A stretch of 64,000 nt of DNA from Octopus sinensis (lineage: Eukaryota): assembly GCF_006345805.1 (NCBI RefSeq), contig NC_042998.1, positions 107,012,001 through 107,076,000 on the forward strand. The letters run 5' to 3'. The notes under the pieces were generated by a model. The model did no database searches and was not told where the DNA came from. It saw only the letters and a program-made list of their open reading frames with translations. Below are positions 26,636 through 42,897 of the stretch, piece after piece. Position 1 is the stretch's first letter; every line of letters starts with the position of its first letter. A program made the position numbers and the translations under genes.

Positions 26636-26933
26636 TGCGTGAGTGCGTGTGTGGACCCATTTTTATTCTTATTTTATTCGGATATACCCCCATAGCCACT
26701 CTTTTTTTTTTAAAAAAAAAAGTCATGTATTTTTGCAATTAAATGTTATTAGGAATTTTATGAAAAGAACATCGTAAAATATATATTGTGCATTGTAGAA
26801 ATATAACGAATTTATTGCAGATAAATTTTAACAACAAAATCTATATCTCCCACCACCAAGGACCATATGGACCTGGGTTGGGAACCACTGGCTATGTGTG
26901 TGGTATTTATTATATAGATATATATATATATAG

Positions 26934-26981
<48 letters not shown>

Positions 26982-27096
26982 TTGTATGTATGCTATATGA
27001 ATATATATACATCTATATACACATATATATATATATGTATATGAATATATATATATACATATATATACATACACACACACACACATATTTATATAT

Positions 27097-27172
<76 letters not shown>

Positions 27173-27689
27173 TATTATATATATATACATACAGAAAGTC
27201 GGGAGTTTTGGGGAAATTGAACACATTATTGACCAGGTGATTTCCATATATATAATATGTATATATAATATATATATACATCGTATATTACTGCAGCGGT
27301 CGCACACACACACACACACACACACGTACACATGCGACGCACACACACACACACACACACGTACACATGCGCGCACACATTTATTTTCTCAAGTCATCTC
27401 TCTTTCTTTCGAACTGATTTTTCCATTCATTCTTTTTTCTTTACTTACCATTCTCCCTATCCTCTCTCTGTCTCTCTATCCTTCTCTCTTTCTCTTTCTC
27501 TCTCTTTCTGCGCCTCCCTCCACACGCTTATTCCGATTTTTGCAGCCTTCGTACATTAATCTTTCGCCCGCCACAGGATGACATCTGTTTTCTTATGCAA
27601 AATTTCACCTACGTAATAGCCATTAGCAAACAAACACTACCACAATCACTTTCTCATCGTCATTATTATAATCAATATCATCATCATCA

Positions 27690-27965
27690 TCATAGTTCTG
27701 AACTGTCATATTGTCAATGATTATCATGACAACCACCACCATCAACGCCGCCACCAACAACACCAGCAGTGGCAGCATCAGCATCATCATCATGGTTGTG
27801 AATTGTCATATTTTCTAAGATTATCATGGCAACCACCATCACCACCACCGGCACCCCCTTATCATCATCATCATCATCATCATCATCATCTCATCATCAT
27901 CACTAACACCGTCGTGGTTCTGAATTATCATATTAGCTATGATCACCATGGCAACCGTCAACCCC
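27690..27965. repeat. Three copies of a ~45-bp module interleaved with (CAT)n/(CAC)n
   Basis: GTTCTGAACTGTCATATT..ATTATCATGACAACC (~27694), GTTGTGAATTGTCATATT..ATTATCATGGCAACC (~27795), GTTCTGAATTATCATATT..ATCACCATGGCAACC (~27917). Confidence 0.75.
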
Positions 27966-28734
27966 CCCCCCACCATCCCCACCGTCCCCATCAACTACTG
28001 CCACCGCCATCATAGTCATCCTCTTCATCATCATCATCATCATTTTCATCATCGTCATTGTGGTCAGTTTCGTCACTTCCCCACCCCACTCTGCATAAAC
28101 ATTGTTTTACGTTTGCTTTTTACTTCTTGTTTATGTGTTATGCGCTATGTGCCAACTGTAATATGTACGTGTGTGTGTGTGTGTGTGCATATGTATGCAT
28201 GTGTGTACGTGTGAACGTGTTAAGACTGATATCTGGGTATGAGGTATTTTGCGTGTGTGTTCAGTAAAGGGGGAACTCCCATTACATCATCTCTACATAA
28301 GATGTGCTACGTCAGTATCGGATATATTTAAAGAGACAGGTGGATAGAAGCTGATAGAAGGAATATGTCAGCCAGCCACTGGTTTTAATGTATCTATACA
28401 TACGTCATCATCACCTCATCATATAAACACAACATAACACATATCCAGCTATCCAGTGAAGAAGCGTGTACGTGGCAGCTCGACCTGCTCGATATAGCTG
28501 CCAAATTTCTTTCAAATAACATTCGATCATTCTGGATGTTGGGGAGAAGATACATCGGAAAATGCCGGGGTTCTCAACAGGGGTCTATATGGCCCTTGAG
28601 GACCCATCTAAGATTTTATGTTAAATTTTGTGAGCTATAAATTAATTTATACATCTAGATTACACCAAATATTCAAACAATATTTTTTAAATACAATTCC
28701 TAATTTAATAATGAAAATATTCATTTATTCTTTT

Positions 28735-29036
28735 ATTTGTTTTTTTTACTTGTTTCAGTCATATGACAGCGGCCATGCTGGAGCACCACCTTAAGAGGTT
28801 TTAGTCAAACAAATTGACAGCATGACTTATTCTTTGTAAACCTAGTACTTATTCTATCGATGTCTATTGCCGAACCGCTAAGTTACAAATTGGTTGTCAA
28901 GCGATGGTGGGGGACAAACACAGACAGAAACACACACACACGGACACACACACGCACGCACGCACACACACACACCACACACACCACATACACACACACA
29001 CACACACACAACACACACACACACACACAAACACAC

Positions 29037-29098
<62 letters not shown>

Positions 29099-29210
29099 AA
29101 TATACGACGGGTGTCTTTCAGTTTCCGTCAACCAAATCCATTCACAAGGCTCTGGTCGACCCGAGGTTATAGTAGAAGGCACTTGCCTAAGGTACCACGC
29201 AGCCTGGAAT
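28735..29210 (-). mobile_element. SINE family B
   Basis: Tail 28735-28920, (CA)n/(TA)n, head 29105-29210. Confidence 0.8.
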
Positions 29211-29511
29211 TTTTAAACATCAAATGCCTATTGGAGACCAATAGAGTGAAATAAGAACCAAAGGAGTCCATAGTTGTCTGTTAAAAAAAAAAGTGGTATG
29301 GTAATGACTGGATTGCTTTCGATTATAAGTAAAATATCCGCTCAAATGAAGCTTAAGGCTAGATAACAACAATAACAACAAGCATTTCACAACAAAGGAC
29401 CAAAACAAAAAAAAACATGGTCCTTGTGTGTGGTCCAGCTCACTGTTTAAACACTCTTGTTCGATCAGACCCGATCGAGTAGATCTAGTGCTGGAGAACA
29501 ACAACATCAAT

Positions 29512-29577
<66 letters not shown>

Positions 29578-29658
29578 CACCACCACCACTACCACCACTA
29601 CTACTACTGGTGATTATTATTATTATTATTATTGTAGTTATAATAATAATAACAACAA

Positions 29659-29964
<306 letters not shown>

Positions 29965-31171
29965 TAATATCAATGCCAGACAGTGGCTCCCATGGCTTCT
30001 GATCTTAACTGATTGGAAGTGTTATCATGTACATGATTTACATTGGTGTAAAAGATGGGCTACAGAAAATATTTTTCTCAATATCGCAGATTTACTTATC
30101 AGTTGCTTGACCATAACCAGTTGAGCATGTCCCCTTAGTGGCTGACGATATGTACATCTCTGATCACGAGCAGGAATAGTGGGAGGGCATCATAGTCATG
30201 TGTTGAGAGGGGTTCTTTGGAATTTGAGTAAATCACCCTTTGAATTTCATCATCCTTAAGCAACTCTTATTCAGGGACCTTTTGAGCGACTGTCAAGAAA
30301 GATCGTTGTAGCATCATTTGAAAATTTCCAAAATACTCTAATACAGTATTAAATGTTATTGAAGTTGTCATCTTATGCACTAACTATGCAAATTAGACAA
30401 ACCAATTTAGCGATATCTATGTTTCGAAGAGCAAACTAATTGTAGCACTTTTTTAAAGTCAGGTACGTATTCTCTCAAACAAATTACACAACCCCAAAAA
30501 CGATATACATACAAAAACTGGTTTCTTTTATATTCCGTCAACCAATTTCACTCATAAGGCTTCTGTTGGCCCGGGGGCTTTTGTTGCAGTGGGTCTGAAT
30601 CCGGAACCGTGTGGTTGGGAAGCAAACTTCTTACCATGCAGCCACGCTTGCATCTATGACTGTATACACTATAAATGTCTACAAGTTACCACATTATTCG
30701 TGGACAGAGGATGATTATTCTTTGTCTATTGAAGGTTTCACAAAACTAAAAACAGATCAGATTGATCCTAATGTTTTGATTTACGAAGAGATGAAAATTT
30801 GAATCGTAATCCTTTGATTACTTTCAGCAAATACGATACTAATCAGGCGATTATTTTTGTCTGTGACGAATACATATATCTGTAAGCTTATTTTAATATT
30901 CTGCTGTATTGTGAATATTGCTTCCAGTGGTAAGGCCTACGCTCACCACATTAGCTATATCTAACACGAAGGGCCAAACAAAACATCATTCCAGGAACGT
31001 TGATGAGGTGTTTGGGAAATGTATATGTTTAAATAAACTGTAAGCAATTCATGCAAAAGTATGACTAAAAACATAAAACTAAAACGCTGTTGAGTTTTCA
31101 ATACATGTCTAAAACAAGATCTATTCCTTAGACAGACAGACAGGCAGACAGGCAGGCAGACAGACAGACAG

Positions 31172-31263
<92 letters not shown>

Positions 31264-32052
31264 TAAGCACATTTTGTTGGTTGGTTTATATTACACACAC
31301 ATACATCTTTAACGATACAAATATAGACATACATGCACGATACAAATATAGACATAATTGCACAAACACACGTGCACACTTCGGCATTTTCTATACAAAA
31401 AAGAGCTTCTCAACCCTGTATTTACATGCTGTTACTTAGAGCTTCATGTATGTGCTTCAAGATATTCCAAAATCATTAGCCCCACGACTTTATCCTTTAC
31501 ATAAAGAAAACAGAGCGATGAACACAGCTATATATACCTATATCATCGGAAAAAATTATACATATGACATCGCTACACATACCACACATCACATCCCCAC
31601 AGGAGCACCACATTAATAATACATACTTTCCCCACTTCAAGATAACTCTTGCCGGCTTCACAGCATACCCAACCAGGGAACATAACTCTTAACCTAATCC
31701 TCTGGCTCTTTTTCATTTCACCACCTTTTTCACGGCAGCCGCTTGCCGGTTGTGCTAATCCACATCCGACAATAGAGAGCAGTCACCATATTCCCTTCCA
31801 TATCGGCTAACTCTGATGGGCGTAAAGTTATATAATCGGATTGTTAGCGAACACTCCATTGTATTCATTGTGCGAAACCGATTGATAGGATCAGTCATGA
31901 TGGATATTTAATACTATACATTTCGGATAATATAGTCCTACGCAGGACGATGTTACTATATATTTTTCCAGTTGGCTAAAAAGTAGTAACATATATATTA
32001 TTATATGTTATATTATATTATATTATATTATATTATATTATATTATAATATA

Positions 32053-32567
32053 CTAGCAGTATCGCCCGGCGTTGCTCGGGTTTGTAAGGGAAATAACTAT
32101 ATAAGCATTTTTAGAGAGTTACTTCCTTATAGATGCCAATTCGGGCTTCTTAGCCATTTCTGTTTTGGTGTCTTCAAGCCATGAAGTCGTTGTTCTAAAA
32201 GAACGCTGGTCTCCTGACAACGCATTACGACGTTGCTTTCCTTAAACTCCCTTCCCCACAGCTTCACGAGGGAGGGAAGAAGGGGGAGAAGCAAACACAG
32301 GTGCAGGTGTTTGAGCGTGGACGCCAACTCCGCCGCCATCGACACACGAAAAATTATGCATTAAAATGGAATAAAAAAATGATGTTAAATTATTTTTAAA
32401 ATCGTAGACTCATCGTAGACGCGCGCTAATAGCCAGACGGGCTCGATATTAATCACGACTATAAGATACCCGAATTTGGTTAAACTGCACCGCAAAATGT
32501 GGGAGGAGTTAGGAATCTAAATCGTAGGAGACAGACACTCACACAACTACAGTTTTATATATATAGA
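32053..32567 (-). mobile_element. Non-autonomous Helitron (~515 bp)
   Basis: Minus strand starts A|TCTATATATATAAAACTG and ends hairpin ACCCGAGCAACGCCGGGC ... CTAG|T; inserted at an AT dinucleotide, no TSD. Confidence 0.85.
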
Positions 32568-33025
32568 TTATATATGTTTAAATATAATTATATTATATTA
32601 CATTATACTATATTATATATAATTAAATAAAATTATATTATATTACATTAAGTAATATATAATTATGTTGTGTCTAGAGATAGTCATTATGCCAATATTA
32701 TTAACACACGCACCGTTTCAATTCCGCACCTTTATTATTAGTCAATTGATTAAATATCCAACTAGCTAATCGATTATTTGTTTAATTTAGTTGAACAGTA
32801 AGTAATTTATTTCGTTTTGGTTTGTCAAAGCTCTTTTGTTGCCACTTGTGACCTTTTCAATGACTTTTCTCATGATTCTCCCTAGACACAGCAAAATTTG
32901 TTTCAACACACAAATTCACATAAAGAATCTTGCAAAGCAGATACAAAAACGAAGTAATATATAATTTTATTATACATGTGTGTGTGTGTGTGTGTGTATG
33001 TGTGTGTGCGCGCGTGTGTGTGTGT

Positions 33026-33069
<44 letters not shown>

Positions 33070-33328
33070 AAGATTTCACTAAACGAATTGTGTTATAAAG
33101 TGAAACTGACATTCTTTGTTTCAGTATCTAATTATCACTTGCCCACTATTACAATTATACTTACTAAGAACTACACAAGTATATATTGAGACAGATACAT
33201 TTACTGATAATTCAAGTGTCGTGAAAGAGTTCGTAATTATGCAATAGAGTTCACTTTACTAATGGACCTTACACCTACACATTGACATATATGCTTCCCG
33301 TTCTCATTCCCTCCCTCTTTCTCTTCTT

Positions 33329-33443
<115 letters not shown>

Positions 33444-33851
33444 TATGCGTGTATGTCTCTTTTTCTTCTCCTTACTTCTATCATCAGCTTAACAGTCTAT
33501 CGCTATGCATTTAAGCCAATGTGACTGTCTATATCGTAGCCTTCCATTCACATTATGATGGTATATTTTCATATTGAGAAAAATAGTCGCTTTTTACAGA
33601 TGCTATAATAGTATATACATATATATATGCATACATATGTGTGTGTGAGTGTGTGTTTGTGTATATATATATAACTTATAAATAAGGGCAAACGAAAAAA
33701 TTTCTAATGCCAAATATGCCGAAAATTGGACATATTGTCCATTACCATATAATTTTTCACAATAGGCATGCTACTCGAAAAAAAGCCGACTGAAATTTCT
33801 AAAAAATTCCATTATTACCATATCGGACCGATTTCTGGGTTAGTTCGTACG

Positions 33852-33912
<61 letters not shown>

Positions 33913-33918
33913 ATATAT

Positions 33919-34740
33919 TGCGATGGGTAAATTGTCGCCATTTTATATTTCTAATTTCATACATGCGCATTGTTTGTTTTTGATTTTGTGGACTACATAG
34001 TATAGTAGGGTCAGTTAGGCACCGTCTGTGAGAAAACAGCACAATGACGCAGTTAACTCTGATAGAAATTTGGAAGCGACATGCTGTACTGCTTGGCATT
34101 CGCGCCGGGAGCTCCAATACGAACAGATGGTGAACATACAGAACAAGCGCTGACTTGCCGTGTCCCCAAAACATGTACCGAGAGTGATAAAAATCAAACA
34201 TCCAGTCGACATCATAGTGTTTGAAGTGATCACTAGGGATGACGACGTTATGTCTCTTTTCATCTTCCCACACGGCCACACACTCAACACACGACATCAA
34301 GTGACTGGAGGAGGTAGTGCTGCCCTAGGTCAAGAAGTTGGCAGCTGGAACACTATGTCCGGCAACAGGACTCTGCACCATGCCACACAGGCAGGAGAAC
34401 TCAATCAGGAATGTCAGACAATTTCTGCGACCACATTACCCCTCACATCTGACCACTTAACTCCCCAGACTGCAACCCCCTTGATTATTATGTGTGGGTC
34501 GCAGTTGAGCGAGGAAGGCAAGGATTATGGCAGCATTCACCAACTTAAACAAAGAGACAGTCCAGAAGAGTTGCTGGAGATTCCAAAGTCGTCTAGAGGC
34601 CGTGGTTGAAGCCAATGGCGATTTTATTCAATAAATTTGCTCTATGTAATTTATGGAAAGTATATCTGTAAAAAATGCGATGTCAGTGTTATTTTCATTC
34701 TTGCGTAATTTAGACGACAGTTTATTCACCGCGCCCTGTA
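33919..34740 (+). mobile_element. Internally deleted Tc1/mariner (maT-like) transposon relic
   Basis: Frameshifted VPRVIKIKHP..VMSLFIFPHG, QQDSAPCH, NSPDCNPLDYYVW; imperfect TIRs (15/20 match) with right end ...CGCGCCCTG|TA. Confidence 0.85.
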
Positions 34741-34769
34741 TATATGCACGTATTCTTATATATATGTAT

Positions 34770-34930
34770 ATGGAGTGACGGTGTGGTAAGAAATTTGGTT
34801 CCTAACCACATAGTTCCGGATTCAGTTCCACTGCAAGGCACCTTGGACAAGTGTCTTCTACTATAGCCTCGGGCCGACTAAAGCCTTACGATTGGATAAG
34901 GTAGACGGGAACTGAAAAAAGCCGGTCATA
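34770..34930 (+). mobile_element. SINE family B head
   Basis: GGAGTGACGGTGTGGTAAG...GGATTCAGTTCCAC...CTTGGACAAGTGTCTT. Confidence 0.75.
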
Positions 34931-35669
34931 TATATATATATATATATGCTAATGATATGTAATTATGAGATCCAAGGTGTAGGAAGTTAGTGAGCTGCGT
35001 GCACTTCCGTAGAAGGTATAAAAAAGAACTTTCAGGAACAATAAAAGTTTATCGGCGTAGAAGGTTGTAAGTTATTCCCATATCGAAGTTCGATAAGCTG
35101 AAAAAAGTTTCCTTTTTTTCTATAGTTCACGGTTAGCTATGAATGCGAATATAAATCCAAATTGAGGGAATGGAGTAGGTAAAATCCAGGTTACATATGT
35201 TTACTTGCTGGCAGAACTTCGGAAGTAATGATTATTCAAGAAGAGGTACTACACTACCTACTTATCAGGCCGAAGATACCTTAGTTAAATGTAGATTACA
35301 TTGTCGTGAAGGGATCCCAAGTTAACTCGCTGGAGATGTAATCTGAAATGGAGATTATATATATATACATGTAAAGAATAAAATATTTTGAATGATACAA
35401 AAATGCACTAGAATACAAACAATGGACTATAATAACTATTGTAATTTAATCATCCATAGTCTAATATGAAATTCCTTCTTCAGATATCCCTAGGAATTGA
35501 TGGAGTCGCTGCTATAATCGGTTTTCCAACGGCTTTTCTTTGTTTCTTGTGAAATATATAATAGACTGGCTGGCACTAGAACGTTTAAGCAATGACAGAC
35601 TATATTCTGAGGTGACAGATAGAGCTGCGACCAGGATTGAGGACCGAATTAACACCTTATGGACTGACA

Positions 35670-35935
35670 TCTGTGCCTGTGAAATGCTCAGCCCCTTGCA
35701 TGTTAATTTCACGAGCATGCTTTTCTATTGATTGGATCAAGCGGAAGACTCGTCATCGTAACCGACGAAGAGCCATTAAAGTTAGCCTTTCCCTTAGATA
35801 ACATTACTGGCTTGGAAGGAGTGGCTGGTATGCATGGGCGACAGCTGGTCTTCCATAAACAATGTTGTGCCTCGGAGGGAAACTTTCTAGGTGCAATCCG
35901 ATGGTCATTAATGACCGAAAGGGATCTTTACCTTA
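35670..35935 (+). mobile_element. SINE family A 3' portions
   Basis: Matches tails at 51520-51627 and, in reverse complement, 60400-60570. Confidence 0.7.
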
Positions 35936-35950
35936 CCTCCATATATATAG

Positions 35951-35989
<39 letters not shown>

Positions 35990-36423
35990 CTTTCCCCTTA
36001 CATTATACCACGTGTAGTTTCTATTTTCTTTTTGTAACATATTTCTATTATATATATATATAGATATATATTATATATATATATATATAATATATATATA
36101 TATATTATAATATATAATATTATATATATATCTATACATACATACATACGTCTAACAAATTCCTCTTGTAACTCGAAGCTCGTGTGTGTGTGTATGGTGT
36201 GTGGTGTGTGTGTGTGCAAGTGCTTATTAATGACGAAGGAAAACCCATCTTCCAATGAATAAAGGCATAAATAATATCTACTATATATATTGAATATTTC
36301 TCTCCCATTTCGTTTGAACATACATAAACAAACGCACAAACATATAAACCCATATACTTTATGTACGTTTATATATATATATAAATATACATACATACAT
36401 ACATACATACATACATACATACA

Positions 36424-36455
<32 letters not shown>

Positions 36456-36742
36456 CATACGAATCGGACGGGAGAGTCAAAACTATTGAAAAGGTTGCAA
36501 GACGCAACGAAAATTTTAGAAAAATAAAAAAGAAATAAGTGGAAACTTTACCGGTGAGTGTGTTAAATTATAAGGCACTAAAAGTGAATGACTCTCCCCA
36601 GACACAACAGAATATGCTTCAACACACGGACTCACATAAAGAATCTTGCAAACCAATCCCAAAATTATATATATATATATATATATACATATATATTACA
36701 TTATATATATACTATATATATTACATTATATATATATATATA

Positions 36743-36786
<44 letters not shown>

Positions 36787-36966
36787 TGGACAAACGAAAG
36801 AAGAGGCCACTCAACATATTTAATAGTTTGATTCGACTCTATGTGGGGCGGTGGTAAAGTACAAGTCTGATGGACATTTTGTTGCTGTTTCTACTAGATC
36901 GAATGACTACATACTCTCGCTCTTCCTTTTTCTCTGTCACTCTATCCCTCACTTCCTCTCTCTCAC

Positions 36967-37001
<35 letters not shown>

Positions 37002-37490
37002 TTCTCACCCTTTTTTGATATGTTTTCGGTTGATATGTTGATATCAACAGAAAATATTCCGCTACGTATTTGCGCAGTACACTTAATCCCACGCATCTAC
37101 AGTCCACTTAAATGTCAGGACACCACAGTAGTTTAGTTGGGAGATGTAAACTGATATCACACAAGCGATATTTTATATGGCGTTACTTTTAGGTTTTGTT
37201 TAAATTTGTGTTTGACGTATTGTTTTACGTTTTACTGGTTTCATTTACATGCATGCGGCCATGCTGAAGCACTGACTATAGCAGTTTTTTTCTTTTTATT
37301 CGATTATATTGAATCCAGTATCTATCTCAGTATGGTACATATTTTATCGAATTATGTTAATCGAACGGCTTATTTAATTCTTTTTTCTTAAGACCGGTTT
37401 TTACACAAATAAACATAAACAAACGCAGACACACTCATATATGTGCATGTGTCTATCTGCATATATGGATGCATGTTTATGTATATTATT

Positions 37491-37531
<41 letters not shown>

Positions 37532-38272
37532 TGTGTGTGTGTGTGTGTGTGGAGGGCTCTCCCGTCGGATTCGCGCATGAAGATCCGACAGCCTACACTC
37601 TTTATCAATTATAATGCTTTTGTCGAAATATATATAGTAGTGTATGTATGTATATATATATATATATTATATTATATATAGATATATATATATATATATT
37701 ATATATATATACATATATATATATATGAAGGACACTCCCGTCGGATATGTACATATGTATGCACGTATATGAATATATGTACATAAAGTATATATGTTTG
37801 TATGTGTGTGCGTTTGTTTATGTGTTTACAAACGAAGATGGAGAGAAATATTCAATAAATATAATAGATATTATTTATTCTGTCATGTCTGGGGAGAGTC
37901 GTTTTCTTTTTGTGCCTTATAATGAAACACTAAAATTTCCACTTGTTTCTTATTTTTATGTTAATCGACTCATATAAAGAATCTTGCAAACCAAATCCAA
38001 AAACGAAATATTATTTATTCATTTGTTCGAAGATGAAGATGGGGTTTTCCTTCGTCATTTATTAGCACTTGCCACGCACACACACATTAGAGCTTCGAGT
38101 TACAAGTGAAATTTGGTAGACTGTGCCTGACGTGTGTGTGTGTGTACATGTAAGCATTATCTCTATAAGAAGGTATGTTTATATGTCTCCATGTTTATAT
38201 CTTCCGATGTCTATAACGACTTTAAATATGCCAATCGATTTATGTGTGTTTCTGTACATACATACATATATA

Positions 38273-38331
<59 letters not shown>

Positions 38332-38431
38332 TATAAATAATATATATACATATACATATATACATATATATATATAACATATATATATATATACATTACA
38401 TATATATTATATAATATTACATATATATCAC

Positions 38432-38462
<31 letters not shown>

Positions 38463-38568
38463 CATATAAATATATATAATATATATATATATATATGTAT
38501 ACATATATATATAATTATATATATATATATAATTATATATATATGTATACATATATATATATATATAG

Positions 38569-38655
<87 letters not shown>

Positions 38656-38704
38656 TGGTGAATTGAAGAAATGGAGCTGAACGCAGATTGAACAGAAATC
38701 GTTT

Positions 38705-38795
38705 TATTTATTCTACACGTGTTTCGAAAGGCACAAATTACAAAATCCGATTGAATAATGGGACCATATTGTGTCTTTCTCTTCAGGAAGAAAAA
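38705..38795 (-). ncRNA. Type I hammerhead motif (Penelope-type), intact core
   Basis: Minus: TTCTTC-CTGAAGA-GAAAGACACAA...TTGTGCCTTTC-GAAAC-ACGT-GTA-GAATAA; long stem II, palindromic ACACGTGT stem III; abuts a ~380-bp (TA)n tract. Confidence 0.8.
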
Positions 38796-38985
38796 AGGAA
38801 ATCCGTTGGAAAACAAAAAACAGAACAGAGGCGGAGCAAAAAACAAATCGAACTATGCTCCTAAGAGCCCATGGCGAACTGTTTATCAGTGTATGTGAGA
38901 ACCGGTGGCTGTGATTTTTGCTACTAGGTATCGGTTAAACTTTTGATTAATCTACTACAAGATTATTCATCTTTCTATTTCACAT

Positions 38986-39055
<70 letters not shown>

Positions 39056-41030
39056 CATGCTTACATACATGCATACATCACATATGTGTGCGTTTGTATG
39101 AATATGTAAAATGTCTCCTGATATTTAGTAATAGGAATAATTCGTAGATACAACGAGAGTATTTCTTCGTAGATATATTTTTTGTTTAAAGCAACAGCTT
39201 AAACGGAATGACACGTAAAATAGATCAATATAACCTTCAAAATAAACGTACATATATAGTCATTAAGATAAGCGTACATACATCTCATTTTCCTTGAAAT
39301 GAATTCTAATTTTCAATGGGTGTTTAGTTCATACACGACTTACAGTTAACTCTAGATGGCGCAGTGACTACTATATGAGCGTTGTTCTCACATAGTTTTG
39401 AAACTGGCGCTTCTACTGAGACAAACTGAAAATTCATGAAATTTAGGAATTCCACCAAATATTTAGAGGGATGACCAAAGTGACATAACCATTTTAGCAT
39501 AGATACGAAACGATTTCAGTCCGGAGCATCCGTTTTTACACCGGTAAACATAAACGCAGACATACAGACTTATATGTACATCTGCTGTTCTTGCACAGAT
39601 GATTTGTTTATAGTGGTCAAATGTTTATGCTGTGCATTAGTTCACTCCCGCCATCAAATCGACATTATCTCTACAGGTGCAGGATGTGCCACGCGTTAAG
39701 TGTCGAAGTGATCGAAAAGCAACGTGAAATGAAGTATTTTTCCCAAGGAGACAACCATGATCAGGCAATCGTGAATACAACACTAGGCCGCCCCCTCACA
39801 TACATACATCCATACACACACAGACACACACATACACGCATATACATAATACATACAAACATACACGCATATACATAATACACGCATATACATACACGCA
39901 TATACATACACGCATATACATAATACATACGTACATACATACATACATACATACATACATACATACATACGTACATACGTACATGCATACATGCATACAT
40001 ACATACATACATACATACATACATACATACATACATACATACATACATACATACATACATACATAAAGAAACCTAGCTGTTTCTTGCAAAACATACCAAA
40101 ACATACATCTAAAACAAATATTTTTAGGGGCCATTAAAATACTATTGTTGATCCCCAATTTACTATTTCATTGTCTGGACCCCAAAAATTTTATATGGCC
40201 CATCAGGGGCCAAATGGATCCTGATTGAGAACTACTGGTCTAAAAAGAAGTTTACTCTTTAGCCCAGCTGATGTTTTGCAATTACGAAGTCATACTTGTG
40301 TAAGAAGTAGCTTAATCTGAGACCGGGTGCTGAAACCGAGGTTCTTACATTATGGAAGAGCTCTTTAATGACATACAAAGCTGTTAAATTCACTTTAAAT
40401 ATATACATATACATATAAATTTCATGAGGGTCCAAAATTTTCGACGCAGAACTACGACTGGGTCACTAAGACGCTTCCAATGCAACTTGAAAACCTGTTA
40501 ATAGCGAGTTCTTATAGGTTTGGGACCTTATTTCTTTTTTCTTTTCTTTTGAGTTTAGAGACATATGTTTGTTGCATTCATGTAAATCTGTCACAGGTCG
40601 GTGCCTCTTCGAAGTGTTCATTTTACATTAACAAAATCTGGGGTGTAATCTGGGGTGTTGGATGGGTAGACAAAGGTTAAGCAAGAAGTAACGCAAATAA
40701 CATTATAAAATAAAGAATGTGATTGTACATACTTCATTATATACATAGTTCAAATTTACAGAAGACGACTGTAGGAACAACAAACAAGTATATTAGTATA
40801 TTAGTTTAATGTTCGGGAAGAATGGAAAAGTCTTTCACGTTTAGAGCCTATGCTCTTCGACATATACACGTATACCCATGTGTAAGCAAGCATACATATA
40901 CATACACACATATATATCCATATATGCATACACTCATATACTTATGTACACACACACACACACACACACAAACACACATATATATATAATATATATATAT
41001 ATAGATATATATATATATAATATATATATA

Positions 41031-41077
<47 letters not shown>

Positions 41078-41344
41078 TATATATAATTATTCAATTACAA
41101 GAAGAAGGGTGACAGTGACTTCGAAGTTTTTGCCTTCTAGCCTTCGAAAGTCTGAAACTAACAAACCGAAATCTCGAAGTCGTTGTCATTCTTCTTCTTG
41201 GAAAAGTATATGTACTCTACTAAAAGCACCTAAAAATTTCTTTAGCTTAATATTAAATTGTTTTTATTGTAACTCGACATAAAACAAGCTTTAATACTCG
41301 CGAGCGCACAATCACACACATGCATAGTTATACGCATATATATA

Positions 41345-41576
41345 TTTCTTTACTACCCACAAGGGGCTAAACACAGAGGGGACAAACAAGGACAGACAAA
41401 GGGATTAAGCCGATTACATCGACCCCAGTGCGCAACTGGTACTTAATTTATCGACTCCGAGAGGATGAAAGGCAAAGTCGACCTCGGCGGAATTTGAACT
41501 CGGAACGTAACCACAGACGAAATACGGCTACGCATTTCGCCCGGCGTGCTAACGTTTCTGCCAGCTCTCCGCCTTT
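41345..41576 (-). mobile_element. SINE family C
   Basis: Reverse complement of the 11981-12213 family. Confidence 0.9.
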
Positions 41577-42536
41577 AACATACATACACTCATACGCATA
41601 CTAATACATACGTATGTGTACATAGACATGTATGTATACATAAACACACTCGCATGTATATGCATGTATATATACACACATACATGCACATATAAGCGCA
41701 TACATATGCACATATCCATTGGCAAAAGTATAGGTATATAAAAGTAACTTAAATAGGGAAAGGAAAATATGCATTTCTAGAGAGTAGTACATTTTTATCG
41801 CTCTATTGGGACTTGTATTTTTGTATGAGAACCGATTCAGTAACCTGTCTAAGTAGCGTATCATAGAGATATGTAGATATAATATCTATGTTGAACCAAT
41901 TAACGGGACACGTTGTCCCTAACTAGTAATGGTTGGTAAATAATGGTACTAGCATTTTTTACCATGTATTCAGTAAATGGTTCGCGGGTGTTAAGAGCAG
42001 TCTCACATAAGTTTCAAGAACGTAAGTACATTCCTTCGAATTACTTTATATAGTATGTAGAATTTCACAGTCTTCATCACTACTATTACTTTAACTCTTC
42101 TTCTTAGTTAAAGTAATTCACGATCATCACAATTAGACTTGTGTATGGACATATGCCTCTATCAGACCGGCAGGTGATGGCATGTTATTAGCTTGCTTCG
42201 GTTAAAGTAATTGAGAGTGGTTAACTAGACCAAACATGGTTACAAATTGAACATTTTTATGTTGGAGCAAGAGATAACATTTTCATCTCTGCATTAACTG
42301 GCAGTAATATGAAACTGACCACGCTTGTTCCCTTTGCCTCTTCATTGGAGCCAAATATAGTTGGTATGTACCTACGTATGTGTGGGTAAGAGAGAGAGAG
42401 AAAGAGAGAGTGTGTATATGTACGTGTGTGTGTATGCGTGCGTGTATGTGCATGTGTGTATGTGCGTGTAAGCGTGTGTGTGTGTATGCGTGCATGTGTG
42501 TGTGTACGTGCGTGTGTGTATGTATGTCTGTGTGTG

Positions 42537-42569
<33 letters not shown>

Positions 42570-42744
42570 ACTTAAGTCCTCAATCACTTTCTGATTATTC
42601 CTTATACCGTAATTATTAAATACATTTATGTTACTCCAGTTTCATATCAACCAAACACGGTGAATGTTTGACCCTGGCCCAGTGTAGGGCCTTTCCTATT
42701 TGAGGCAATAATAGCCATTTACCGAATATGCATATACATTATAC

Positions 42745-42847
<103 letters not shown>

Positions 42848-42859
42848 AACACACACATA

Positions 42860-42897
<38 letters not shown>

